Of a stretch of DNA of 64,000 nucleotides, positions 17,959-27,726 are shown one piece after another. The stretch lies in assembly GCA_964409875.1 (NCBI GenBank), contig CAYPEN010000001.1, positions 198,637-262,636 of the forward strand, given 5' to 3'. Within the stretch, counting starts at the first letter, position 1. Each line of letters opens with the position of its first letter. The translations under genes and the position numbers were made by a program. The DNA is from an uncultured Gammaproteobacteria bacterium. GTDB lineage: Bacteria > Patescibacteriota > Microgenomatia > Levybacterales > GWA1-39-11. Under the pieces are notes generated by a model. That model was given only the letters and a program-made list of their open reading frames with translations, did no database searches and was not told where the DNA came from.

Positions 17959-18606
17959 GTGTCAGAATTTGATATCACTATACGGGCAAAAAACAGGGAA
18001 GCGGCTACTGCATTGGAAAGGGTCGTTGCTGCTAACCCTGACAATTTCGTGCATATGGGAACGGTTATGGTGCCGGGTATTCCGTATGAATTGGAAGGAG
18101 AAGGATCTCTTTTTGACCCCGTCAAAGAGTATTTGAATGAAAATCCCACAATTACCGTTCATGATTTGAAGCACAACAGCCAAAAAACTTGGGAAGAGCA
18201 AGTAAGGGATTTGGGGGCCATGATATTGCTCTCTGAGCGGGCGCTTACCGAAGGAAATGAAGTAGCAAGGGAGGGGATGATGGGATTGTATAACGGAAAA
18301 AGCAAAGGTATTCCGACAAAAATACGCATAAATAAAAGGGGCGAACGGATAGATTTCAATATGTTCCAAAGAGGGGTAATTGACATTTTTAAGGCATCCT
18401 TTCAAGCATATGCTAAAGAGCCCGAACTTCCCAAAAAACGGCCGTCAAGGTTTGTTATGAGGCCGAGCGAAGTGAGAATTTTGATCGAAAATGTTGGCCT
18501 TGCAGGAGAAAAGTTGCCGTTTTCTGAAATTGTGGAATCTGAAGGGGTTAAGCAGCTCGCAACACAAAAATCGAGCGCAATTACACGGATCGGGTGGAAT
18601 CTGTAG
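17959..18606 (+). CDS. hypothetical protein (215 aa)
   Basis: Long ORF with balanced composition. No motif recognised. Confidence 0.45.
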   Translation: MSEFDITIRAKNREAATALERVVAANPDNFVHMGTVMVPGIPYELEGEGSLFDPVKEYLNENPTITVHDLKHNSQKTWEEQVRDLGAMILLSERALTEGNEVAREGMMGLYNGKSKGIPTKIRINKRGERIDFNMFQRGVIDIFKASFQAYAKEPELPKKRPSRFVMRPSEVRILIENVGLAGEKLPFSEIVESEGVKQLATQKSSAITRIGWNL

Positions 18607-18885
18607 TAAACGTGAAAATTAGGGGGATATATAGTAAACCAAAATTCCTCAATTAATTCAATAAGAAATATCACAGTTTTTCCCTTTGCTATTTGCTAAA
18701 TTAAATTCCGATGGGGGAACGGTTAAAATATCAGAGATGGAAAGAGGGCGTTGAGCCTCTTCCTACCACCCCCCAAGAAGACTTTTTGCACCGGATGACA
18801 CTTTTTTATCCTGCAGAACGTTCTGCTGCCGAACAAGCTCATCCAACAGGACAACTTCAGACTCTATTGAATGGCAAAAGCCAGA

Positions 18886-19209
18886 CTATCCGTTAGCATT
18901 TTGACCTAGCTGGTTTTTTAAATAAGGACATTGGGTAAGGCGGGTTTTTAATAGCTGTTCTGAAACGATGCTCTCTTGAGTCCGTGCTTCCGCCTCAAAA
19001 GTTGATTTTATCTCCTCAACCGTCGGCGCGGCGATAGCCGGAAAACGTATTTCAACCCCCAGTGCCAGGGGGCATGCTGTGACGTCGCAAAATACGTCGG
19101 CAGTATTGACACGGAATTTTTGTGGGCCGAAATTTTTACTGTCATTTATCCTGAGTCTTGCATCAGCATAATCAAGTCCACAACTTCCTACTTCCAGTTC
19201 TTTTGGCAT
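18886..19209 (-). CDS. hypothetical protein (107 aa)
   Basis: ORF only. Confidence 0.35.
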   Translation of the reverse strand: MPKELEVGSCGLDYADARLRINDSKNFGPQKFRVNTADVFCDVTACPLALGVEIRFPAIAAPTVEEIKSTFEAEARTQESIVSEQLLKTRLTQCPYLKNQLGQNANG

Positions 19210-19235
19210 AGCGCTTTATTGTACCAAAAAATTTT

Positions 19236-19856
19236 TTAATTTTTTGTGACGGAGTAGACTTTGACTCCGTTATCAAAAAGTACGGTCACACAGTCCCCTA
19301 TGTGATAGTTATTTTTGTCAGGCAAGTCTTTGAACCAAAATCCCGGCATCCAAAGCCCCGGCCCCTTTTCCCCGCCGCCGTAGGACAATTGCCATGAACC
19401 TTCATCCATCTTTACAATCCTGCCTGAAACTTGCGCGATGTGGCCTGAAGAGCTTTTGATAGAGTCGGGAGGAAGGTAGAGTATGGAGTCGACGGTCATT
19501 TTTGAAATATTGTCATTAAGCGTCAGAATTTCTGTGTTGCGTGTTGTGTCCCCCAATTCATTTTTGGCTATGGAATTGATGGTGTCTCCCTCTTTTAAGA
19601 TGTAGCTTTTTAGATACTCTTTTTTTTCCGATGCTCCTGTTTTTTCGCACGCGCTTGTCAGGTCTACTTGGGTAGTAGGGATAGCGGTTGGAAGCGTGTT
19701 GTCTGAGAGTACGTTTTTTTGCGGTTGGTCAATTTCAGAAGCTTTTTGGGATACGGTGTTGCGGCCAATGAAAAAACAAACGACACCTGTTATCAACAAC
19801 GCAAGAAGCCAGAGGGAAGTTGAGGCTACATTTGAATTGGTTTCCTGCCCGTCCAT
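19236..19856 (-). CDS. membrane-anchored LysM-domain protein
   Basis: N-terminal TM (LWLLALLITGVVCFFIG) and a LysM-like motif YILKEGDTINSIAKNELGD. Confidence 0.5.
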   Translation of the reverse strand: MDGQETNSNVASTSLWLLALLITGVVCFFIGRNTVSQKASEIDQPQKNVLSDNTLPTAIPTTQVDLTSACEKTGASEKKEYLKSYILKEGDTINSIAKNELGDTTRNTEILTLNDNISKMTVDSILYLPPDSIKSSSGHIAQVSGRIVKMDEGSWQLSYGGGEKGPGLWMPGFWFKDLPDKNNYHIGDCVTVLFDNGVKVYSVTKN

Positions 19857-19897
19857 ATGACACTAGTATTCAAAATGAAGTGAATTTTGTCAAGAGA

Positions 19898-20398
19898 TTA
19901 TGCAGCTTTTGGAAGAAGAACGGGAATAGGTGCGGCAATTGATTCTGCCGGAAATGTAGTTTCTTTTTGGCTCAAAAGCGTTAACTCAACGCCCGGAAAA
20001 AGAATTTCAGGGTCTGCTGCAAAGTGCGAGTAAGAAAGAGTGGACGCGTATTCGCGGGAATAAAGCTCGGTTAATTCCGTTTCCTCATGCGTTTCGTTGT
20101 CCCATGAGCGGGAAATTTTTCCGCCAAGAGATGCGAGTGGACCGTCTTTCTTATAGCTTCTGACATAAGTCCTGACTGCTATTTTTTCGCTCCCGTCGGC
20201 AAATAGCACTACGCTGTCGGCAACCCGCCCCACAACTTGTCTTGTGACCGGTCTTGAGGTAGTACCGATATTGGCCCAACCAACGACAGTATTTTCAGGC
20301 TTAAACCCGTCGTTTACGTACCAAATTGTCTTTCCTTCTTCCTCAAGCGGTGTAAATTTAGAAATAACTTCTTCCTGCACCGGGCAGAATTCATGCAT
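19898..20398 (-). CDS. hypothetical protein (166 aa)
   Basis: ORF only. Confidence 0.45.
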   Translation of the reverse strand: MHEFCPVQEEVISKFTPLEEEGKTIWYVNDGFKPENTVVGWANIGTTSRPVTRQVVGRVADSVVLFADGSEKIAVRTYVRSYKKDGPLASLGGKISRSWDNETHEETELTELYSREYASTLSYSHFAADPEILFPGVELTLLSQKETTFPAESIAAPIPVLLPKAA

Positions 20399-20489
20399 AG
20401 ACGACTATATTAGACCTATATTAAGGTTTTCACAGTGATTATAGTCACATTTTTCACGCACATCTTGACATAATTTGGACAGTTTGGGC

Positions 20490-21770
20490 TCATTTATTCA
20501 CAAAAAGAATAGCGTTAGGGATATTTCTGCCCGGACCCGCCTTGTATCCGCCTCCTGCCCACAGAGCGGTTGAGCCACCCGAGTCCAAATTAAGCGCGTT
20601 TTCCATACCCATGTTTTGCAGGACCAACGCGCTTTGCGCAACCGTCACGCCATGCACGACACCAATGTAGACGGTGTTTCCCTTGTTAGCGACAAAGCTT
20701 CTATTTCCTACGCTTCCTTTCTTGGGGTCACCGTCCCCACCAAAAACAGAATTTCCGCCCGACACAAGAAGCGGTTGGTTAGCAAGTACCCCGTCAACTC
20801 CCGTATCCCTTCCCCAGCCGCTTGAGTTGCCGATGAACCTCACCCACCCATTCCCAAAAACGGCAACCGGAACGGTGGAGTAGGCGTTGTTATCTGAATT
20901 GAAATAGTGCTTTTTTGTATTCATAGCTAACGTGTCAAAAGAATTGGTTTTGCCCGCGCAGGAAGGGTACTCAGCGGGACAAAAGTACGAGCCGTTAACA
21001 CCCGCATATGCGCCATTTCTCGCAACATATGTACCCAGAGGAAGGGTGGGGCAATTATCATGGCAATCATCATCAGAGGCAGTATCGACGATAACTTTTG
21101 TAGAGGAAAGATTGCCCGCAACAACGTCGACCAAGTACGTAGAGTCGCCCACTTTGACTTGCTGGCGCGAGAATCCTGAGCCCGGAGGAGCGTTGTTGAC
21201 AGGGACATTTGATAGGTCAATTCCACCGGCCAGAGCCAGAGCTGCCGAGTTGGCCTTGTCGATATCCGAATTAAGCATTGCAATTTCCGCGCTTCCCGAA
21301 GCATAATTTTTGTCAGAGAGGTATTTGATAACTTTGGCAAACCTTTTTCTGTACGCAGGCAAATCCTTGTTGGTAGCGGGAAGGTCGGCCATTTTTTCGT
21401 ACAAGAGAACCGATGCGTCGTAGCTTTTTTGCACTTCTTTTATGGTTTTCTCAAGCTCGTCGTTTCTTTTTATTTGGTCGGTTTTTTTAAGAGTTTCAAA
21501 ATCCGTTTTTAATGAAGAGAGCTGTTTTGCAAGCTCAGCGTTTTTCTTTTGAGAAAGTGCAGCCTGGCGTTCACTTTGGGAGGCTTTATCAAGAAAAAAA
21601 GCGGTGAACAGTCCAAAAAGCGCAACAATTACGGTTATTGTTAAAAAAAGCTGGTGCTTTGACAGTTTTTGGAAGAGGGAGGCTGTTCGGTTTTTAAGCA
21701 CAATGAACTTCATATGTGGAATTATCATAGGAAGAATGGGGAGCAAATGCAAATCAGGAAGCAGGCGCAA
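20490..21770 (-). CDS. membrane-anchored coiled-coil protein with C-terminal phosphodiester glycosidase-like (DUF2233/NAGPA) domain
   Basis: TM helix and a long coiled coil. C-terminal …ALNLDSGGSTALWAGGGY… resembles the NAGPA/DUF2233 family. The start may be the internal MKFIVLK. Confidence 0.5.
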   Translation of the reverse strand: MRLLPDLHLLPILPMIIPHMKFIVLKNRTASLFQKLSKHQLFLTITVIVALFGLFTAFFLDKASQSERQAALSQKKNAELAKQLSSLKTDFETLKKTDQIKRNDELEKTIKEVQKSYDASVLLYEKMADLPATNKDLPAYRKRFAKVIKYLSDKNYASGSAEIAMLNSDIDKANSAALALAGGIDLSNVPVNNAPPGSGFSRQQVKVGDSTYLVDVVAGNLSSTKVIVDTASDDDCHDNCPTLPLGTYVARNGAYAGVNGSYFCPAEYPSCAGKTNSFDTLAMNTKKHYFNSDNNAYSTVPVAVFGNGWVRFIGNSSGWGRDTGVDGVLANQPLLVSGGNSVFGGDGDPKKGSVGNRSFVANKGNTVYIGVVHGVTVAQSALVLQNMGMENALNLDSGGSTALWAGGGYKAGPGRNIPNAILFVNK

Positions 21771-22521
21771 TTGTATCTAAAAAGCAATCTCTTGACTGTC
21801 CGTACAATTGCACGTTGAAGGTAACAGGGACAAAAGAATCTTCCACCCGCTGCCACCTCGTATTGATAGATGGGGTTGCTTCCTCGCCGAATGAGTCAGC
21901 CAACGCAACCATAAGCCCCATATTTTGAGAGTTAAACCGCAAAAAGTCATCCCTTCTCCATGTATAGGTTGCGCCCCGGCCATCATAGAGCCCCTTCAGA
22001 AAATAGGGGTCTGAAAGAAGGTAGGTGTACGCGGACGGGTCCGGGTATTCTTTGTAACCATTGATGTATTCGCTGAATTTCTCGGCAATTGCAAGCTTTG
22101 TATTAAGCGGCGCGCCATTACAGACAGTTTCCATGAGATCTACCTGCGGGGAGCGGAATGGCATGTAGGGCTTGCTTTGCTCGAGAATGTGCAGTGCGTT
22201 TTTACCCTGAGCAAGCCAGCGCCATGACTGTTCTGTTTTAAGAGGAAAAGCCATTCCCCCGAACCGTTCTGCCATTTTAAGAATTGTTTTTTCATTGCTA
22301 TCATTAAAATAAGCCTTTGGACGGACATTTATGTAATTGGGCCGGTCTTTTTTCGTTTCGGGGCGAATGGAAATTCCTCCTCCTATTTCAAAAACACCAG
22401 CCAAATACTTGGCATCTTCGTCTGAAATTTCCTTGCATTCAGGTATAAAGTATTCCTCTGCAAAGCCGTTATTATGATAAATTCCAGGCCTTTCTCCCAT
22501 GGTTGGCATTATACCACTCAA
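21754..22521 (-). CDS. LAGLIDADG-like double-motif protein (degenerate homing-endonuclease fold, putative)
   Basis: Two LAGLIDADG-like segments, AKYLAGVFEIGGGISI and FLKGLYDGRGATY. Neither has an acidic residue at the position that canonical LAGLIDADG motifs use for catalysis. Confidence 0.4.
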   Translation of the reverse strand: MSGIMPTMGERPGIYHNNGFAEEYFIPECKEISDEDAKYLAGVFEIGGGISIRPETKKDRPNYINVRPKAYFNDSNEKTILKMAERFGGMAFPLKTEQSWRWLAQGKNALHILEQSKPYMPFRSPQVDLMETVCNGAPLNTKLAIAEKFSEYINGYKEYPDPSAYTYLLSDPYFLKGLYDGRGATYTWRRDDFLRFNSQNMGLMVALADSFGEEATPSINTRWQRVEDSFVPVTFNVQLYGQSRDCFLDTIAPAS

Positions 22522-22551
22522 ATATATTGCATAAAATGCTATACTTTTTTT

Positions 22552-24123
22552 ATGGATGATATGTCAGCCGAAAATGCCGCTCCAACACCCATGGAGCAAT
22601 TAACAACCAAAATAGGTAAGTACGACAAAGCAATAGGGATGGTTGCCGAACTTCACGACTGGACACTGGGAACAGAGAAGGGGCCAGCCCAATACGATTT
22701 GTCGCTTATCGACCCGATAAAATTTCCAGAGTACCACCACCGGGCAAGCGAGGAAGTAAGACGGGTGAAGCTGCAGCTTGCGAATAAGACATACGAAAAA
22801 CTTGTGGAGCAGCGTGATGCGCTTTCGGATTTACATGGAAGAGCGACTTTAGCTGAGGAGGGGTTTAGAAAAGCTGAAGAGGAATATCTTACCAGCCAAG
22901 GAACACCCGATGATGACAGGAAATTTCAGGAAGCATATCAAAGGCTGCAGCTGGCAAAAGAAGAAATTGCTGCCGTTTTTCAAGGGGGGGATAGAAAGAA
23001 AGAAAATCTGGAGCAAAATGAGATGACTTCCGAAAGTGAGACGCCCGCAAATGGACATTCTGAGGTAACTGAGCACAACCAACAACCGGTACAACAGGAA
23101 GGGGAGCAAAGTGAGAGTACTACCGGTGGTACAGAGAGAGAAAATGAGACAGGACAAGAAATTGTAGTGCGGCAAGAAGGGGGAAGTTTGACTGTTCTGC
23201 CTGCAAAAATTGCGCTTGAGGAGAGTGAAGTACGGCATTTAGAATGGGTTGCAAAAGTAGAATTGAGTAGAGTTCCGGCAGTAAGGCAGCTTGATGATTT
23301 GGCTCTGAAAATAGCAGAAATCAGAACGGGGCAAAGACCTTTGCCTTCTTTGGGAGACTTTGTTGAGGCTAACACAAAACTTGATGGCCCGAGAAGGCGT
23401 ACGCTTGTTGCGGCCGCTTTGGAGGGACTTATCGCTACCCAAATTCTCCTTCCTGATGGAAGCATAAACCCACGAAAAGGGCTTCCCATGATACTCGCAA
23501 AAGACATGAATATGCTTATTGCCATGACCAGCCCAAAAATTGTTGCCGATGCAATAAGTGAGATGCCCAGTGTGGAGAAAGGGCTCCTTTGTGCTTCTCT
23601 GTCTGTTGCCATGAAGGAGAAGGTGGGAATTCCTGATTTGGACTTTTGTGATGCTGAGGACGCAGCTTCATATCTGACGAATGCTATGTATGATGTTCTC
23701 AAGCCTGCACGCGACAGGCGGATACGGGCCCAGCAGCGAAGAGTAGCCCAAAACGATATTGAAAGGGCAGATGTTACCTGGCAAGAGCCGTATCACGGAA
23801 GAGAGACGACCCTTCCCGTTGAAGTTGAGGAATTGTTGACCGTTATTATGGAACGGGATCAACGGGATATTGGTTTTGCACAGAGTGTCATCGAGGAGAT
23901 GCTGACGCAAAATAGAGAAAAAGGGAAGAGCCAAAACCAGGAGAATCAAGCGGGTATTCTCAACCATCTTTTGGAAGAGCTGGTGGATTATTGTGAGGAT
24001 GTGGATCTGCTGGGGGAGTTGCAAGATTTCTTTTCTTCCCATCCTGCAACTTCAAAATACAACAGGATGATCTCAAGAAGGGTAGATTTTGATAGGGGAC
24101 AACAACTTGTTGAATATGTCTAA
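22552..24123 (+). CDS. large acidic hypothetical protein (~524 aa)
   Basis: Start chosen at MDDMSAEN after a TATACT -10-like element. No recognisable domain. Confidence 0.5.
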   Translation: MDDMSAENAAPTPMEQLTTKIGKYDKAIGMVAELHDWTLGTEKGPAQYDLSLIDPIKFPEYHHRASEEVRRVKLQLANKTYEKLVEQRDALSDLHGRATLAEEGFRKAEEEYLTSQGTPDDDRKFQEAYQRLQLAKEEIAAVFQGGDRKKENLEQNEMTSESETPANGHSEVTEHNQQPVQQEGEQSESTTGGTERENETGQEIVVRQEGGSLTVLPAKIALEESEVRHLEWVAKVELSRVPAVRQLDDLALKIAEIRTGQRPLPSLGDFVEANTKLDGPRRRTLVAAALEGLIATQILLPDGSINPRKGLPMILAKDMNMLIAMTSPKIVADAISEMPSVEKGLLCASLSVAMKEKVGIPDLDFCDAEDAASYLTNAMYDVLKPARDRRIRAQQRRVAQNDIERADVTWQEPYHGRETTLPVEVEELLTVIMERDQRDIGFAQSVIEEMLTQNREKGKSQNQENQAGILNHLLEELVDYCEDVDLLGELQDFFSSHPATSKYNRMISRRVDFDRGQQLVEYV

Positions 24124-26740
24124 TCCGGAAATCCCACAAGACGTTCCTGGGGCAGGTCTTGTCCCGGTTTCACAAGAACAAACTCCGTTGTTTGATTTGA
24201 CTCCAAAACACAAAGAAACGCTTGAGCAGATGACAGTTTCTTATATGCAGCGGAGTAAAATCCCTTTTGATACAGACGGGCTTGCACTTGGAAAAGAAAT
24301 TGTTGCTGATGCGCTCAGCCGCGGTATGGAAGCAAATGGAGTTACGGGCGTTGCGGCAAATACAAATCTGCGCTCACTTGTAAAAGAGGGGATGGAACAA
24401 AGAGCTCAAGTGGCTTCCCATGCAACCCGGGTATACAGGGAGAACCAAAATGAAGTTAGGTCGGGGGATGACAGATGTATTGGCCCTTACGCACTCCCGG
24501 CCAGACAATTGTCGCGAGTTGGCAGAGAAGTTGCCCGTCCTGCTACTTCAAAGCTTGTTGAGTCTAAAAAGCTGAGTGAACTTGAGGAAAAAAGGCGGGA
24601 GCTGCTTCCTCATCTGGCTCACGCAATTGTTTCAGGTTTACCGAAAGACCAATTCCCTGATGTATCTCTTGATATGTTCCCTGATCCTTCCTCTCAGGCA
24701 AAACTTGTGAGAAATTCAATTGTTTCTATGTGGTTCAGAGGAAATCCTTTACCGCTCCTTCAAATACAGGATTTGCAACAATTTACCAACCTAGCACAAG
24801 AGGCGTTAGATATGCGAATACTTGCTCCGCTTGTTGAGGTGGTTGCAGCGTCAAAAGGAGAAGACCCGCTTCCAATTGCCGAGTATATACGTGATTTGGG
24901 TGTGCAAGTAAGTGATCTTTTCCAAAAAGCACGGGACCGCTTCAGCCCAAATGAGTTAACAGATAGGAATTCGCCCAATTTTAGGGATATAGTCTACAAT
25001 TTTTTTGACAGAAAACTTCTTCTACTGCATCCGGCACTTGAAGAGCAGGAATTGGTTGTCGATGGTAAACGTTATGGTGAAAGTGATTATTCGCTGTGGG
25101 GTCCTCAGTGGAGCGTTGATATGGGAGGGGTGAGAGTACCAAATGAGGAGATTTTGGAAAGAGCCAGACGCATTGCCATTGCCCAGGGGAGAAACGGGAC
25201 ACGTTTTCAAGAAGGTATTAACATATGGACCACTTTGAAAAGAGGGGAAGAAAGGACCGAAAAAAGGAAAGAGGCATTATCGCATTTACTGCAAGGGACA
25301 GAAGAAACACTTGCAGCAGCCGGTATTGAGACAATGCCTGTTTCTGAATTCGATAACACACTTGCAACAAATGTCAGAAAAGCTGAAGATTACAAATGGA
25401 AGCGGGGAGTATATAGGGAGGATAGGCGCATATTACGCAGAGGCGATGAAAATCTACAAAAGATACGGGAGCTTGATGAAGAATTGAGACGAGAGAATGG
25501 TGGAAAGTTGCCGGATGAGATGGTTCTGCCGTGGTCATTAAGCGCTGAAGATTCAAAAAAAAGGATACATACGGTGCTTCTTGCTGCTCAGCGCCGCGCA
25601 GAGTTTGAGGCACAAGAGACCTTCATGCGTGATTTTTTCTCACGTGAGATTCCAGTTTTGGACAGGGAGGAAGTGTATGACTTTCCGGTGATGGATACCC
25701 CAACGGTAGAGCGGATGTTGGACAAGCTCAAGCAAGACCAAGGTCTTATAGAGTCACACCGAGGAGGTATTATTCCTGCCGACATTGAGATAGGGGAAGT
25801 GGGAAGGTATATAGATATTACAGTAAGGAATTTACGGTCCGAAGTTGAATACATGAGTAGACACACAACGCACAAGGAAAGACATGGTACAAGCAAGGAA
25901 AAGAGAAGACTGGATGATTTTGTTGGACTGCAACAATCATTGGCTGGCGTCATGAAAGTTGCATCAGGGATGACAGGGATTCCCAAACTTTTTTATGCAT
26001 ATTCCCTAGCTTCACGTATCTCCTCTTTGGAAAAAATTATTGCTGCGCGGACAAAAAGGGAGGATATGGAGGGAAAAGATATTAGCCAGAAAAAAATGGG
26101 GAAAGCGGAATTTGAAATGAATGTAAAAGTTGCGCATATTGAGGCTCCAAAAATTGAAACCCCAGAAGAAGAAACGGTGCTCTTACATCATTTACACGAA
26201 TGGAAAGATGTAAGAGCTATATCTCATCGACTCAGACGTTTTCCATTCCCAACAAGCATCAATTCAAAAGAAGAATTGATACAATGGGCTGGGAAGATGC
26301 TTCATGAGCTTCCTGGGCTTCCCCTTTCTTTCCCAAGGGTTTCTCGTGACTATGCACCATCTGAGTTCCAAGAAATGAATAGGAAAAATCAGAAAGATGC
26401 TTTGACAAGTCTCATCACCATCGCAAATAGCCCCTTATTCCCTTCGGACGAATTACTAAAAGGGTTGAAGCCCAGGGTTCTTTTGAGTGCGCTGAGTAAC
26501 CGGTATGCGTACATGAAAGCGCGTGCAGAGCTTGAGGTAGATGAAAAAAATTATAAAGAGCTGCATGAGGAGCTCCAGAGTATTGCCCTTGAAAGGTATA
26601 GACTTCATTTGGGGCAGCAGCGGGATAACTATGCACGGCAACGGAAAGAGATTGAGGATAGGGATCTTAAAAAGGAATTCATCTCATCGATGAGGACTCT
26701 TGATCTTGCAATTGATATACCGCAACAGGAACAGAGCTAG
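24089..26740 (+). CDS. large hypothetical protein (883 aa)
   Basis: Overlaps the upstream gene by 35 nt. Charged, helical. No recognisable domain. Confidence 0.5.
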   Translation: MIGDNNLLNMSNPEIPQDVPGAGLVPVSQEQTPLFDLTPKHKETLEQMTVSYMQRSKIPFDTDGLALGKEIVADALSRGMEANGVTGVAANTNLRSLVKEGMEQRAQVASHATRVYRENQNEVRSGDDRCIGPYALPARQLSRVGREVARPATSKLVESKKLSELEEKRRELLPHLAHAIVSGLPKDQFPDVSLDMFPDPSSQAKLVRNSIVSMWFRGNPLPLLQIQDLQQFTNLAQEALDMRILAPLVEVVAASKGEDPLPIAEYIRDLGVQVSDLFQKARDRFSPNELTDRNSPNFRDIVYNFFDRKLLLLHPALEEQELVVDGKRYGESDYSLWGPQWSVDMGGVRVPNEEILERARRIAIAQGRNGTRFQEGINIWTTLKRGEERTEKRKEALSHLLQGTEETLAAAGIETMPVSEFDNTLATNVRKAEDYKWKRGVYREDRRILRRGDENLQKIRELDEELRRENGGKLPDEMVLPWSLSAEDSKKRIHTVLLAAQRRAEFEAQETFMRDFFSREIPVLDREEVYDFPVMDTPTVERMLDKLKQDQGLIESHRGGIIPADIEIGEVGRYIDITVRNLRSEVEYMSRHTTHKERHGTSKEKRRLDDFVGLQQSLAGVMKVASGMTGIPKLFYAYSLASRISSLEKIIAARTKREDMEGKDISQKKMGKAEFEMNVKVAHIEAPKIETPEEETVLLHHLHEWKDVRAISHRLRRFPFPTSINSKEELIQWAGKMLHELPGLPLSFPRVSRDYAPSEFQEMNRKNQKDALTSLITIANSPLFPSDELLKGLKPRVLLSALSNRYAYMKARAELEVDEKNYKELHEELQSIALERYRLHLGQQRDNYARQRKEIEDRDLKKEFISSMRTLDLAIDIPQQEQS

Positions 26741-27168
26741 CCACGTTTTATACTTCTTTTCGTTAGAATAGAGACGGTAAGGCTTAGTAAGTATATGACC
26801 GAGCCGTAGAAGCAAGGTGTTGCAAAGGGAGTTGAGACAATAAGTCCGGAGCAGCTTGTTGGGTTTTTGAAAAAATAAAACTTACAAAACTCGAGAGTAA
26901 AATTTCCCCAGCCAAAAATGGTTCCTGCTACAAGAAAGATTACCAAATATTTCTGGTGTCTTCTTTGTTTTTCAGGCGCTGCAAAAAAAATGAAAAGCGA
27001 GTAAAAATAGGCGAGCAAAAATCCTATCGCACCGTAAAAACAGGGAGTAGTCAACGGGTTTACGCCTTGGTTATTTGAAAACCGTAAAAAATCTGAGGCT
27101 ACCGTTGTCCATGCAAAGAGTACGCCGCCAAACAGAATCAGGCTTTGTATAGCAAAAAGCTTTCTCAT
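26737..27168 (-). CDS. integral membrane protein with internal TPCFYG repeat
   Basis: Four TM segments. The motif TPCFYG occurs twice, suggesting an internal duplication. Confidence 0.5.
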   Translation of the reverse strand: MRKLFAIQSLILFGGVLFAWTTVASDFLRFSNNQGVNPLTTPCFYGAIGFLLAYFYSLFIFFAAPEKQRRHQKYLVIFLVAGTIFGWGNFTLEFCKFYFFKNPTSCSGLIVSTPFATPCFYGSVIYLLSLTVSILTKRSIKRG

Positions 27169-27218
27169 ACTTCAAGAATACCAGGCATGGTGGGTTTTCG
27201 TATGTGACCTGGGTCATC

Positions 27219-27722
27219 CTAGAAAGAAACGGGGACAGAGTGCTTTTGCGGATTTTCTTTGCCGCTGGGATTCTCTTCCGTTATGGTAAGGGTTCCTCCT
27301 GAAGTTGTCGGTTTTGACAGAGTAATAGTTGCTGTGTAAGTAACCGGGTTTGGCGTAGTCCATTCCTGGGCAGTTTTCAAAACACCCTGACCTACCACTT
27401 TTCCTAGCCCGTCGGTTATGGTGACAGTTCCTGCTTGTGCTTCAAAAACCGTCCAATGGCACTCACCACGGTTATCAACCACAACCCTAACGGTTAGGGG
27501 CGTTATAACTTTTGAATTATCCCGTGGAGAAAGGACAGAAATTGCAGAGCATTTTACGGCTATTTTTGTAGTAGGGATAGGCCGCTCGTTGGTACGTGTG
27601 GGAGTAGGTCCTGAAGTGGGAGTAACTTCTGTTGTTTTTTTGCTTTGCTTTGAGGCAAAGAAGAGCAAAACCGGGAGGATGACAACGAGAAGGACAATGA
27701 TACTAATGATTACTTTTTTCAC
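27219..27722 (-). CDS. secreted/membrane-anchored Thr-Pro-rich protein
   Basis: Signal/anchor sequence followed by a TPT-rich segment. Confidence 0.45.
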   Translation of the reverse strand: MKKVIISIIVLLVVILPVLLFFASKQSKKTTEVTPTSGPTPTRTNERPIPTTKIAVKCSAISVLSPRDNSKVITPLTVRVVVDNRGECHWTVFEAQAGTVTITDGLGKVVGQGVLKTAQEWTTPNPVTYTATITLSKPTTSGGTLTITEENPSGKENPQKHSVPVSF

Positions 27723-27726
27723 ATCT

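Noticed and set aside
18711-18896. 61-aa ORF between 17959-18606 and the convergent gene 18886-19209
   Set aside because: Short, with no SD or promoter, and it overlaps the convergent gene end. Probably non-coding.
22980-23702. 240-aa minus-strand ORF (and 22849-23238, 23668-24042) inside the large acidic protein gene
   Set aside because: Ser/Cys-rich low-complexity translations, antisense to a coherent long ORF. Typical mirror ORFs.
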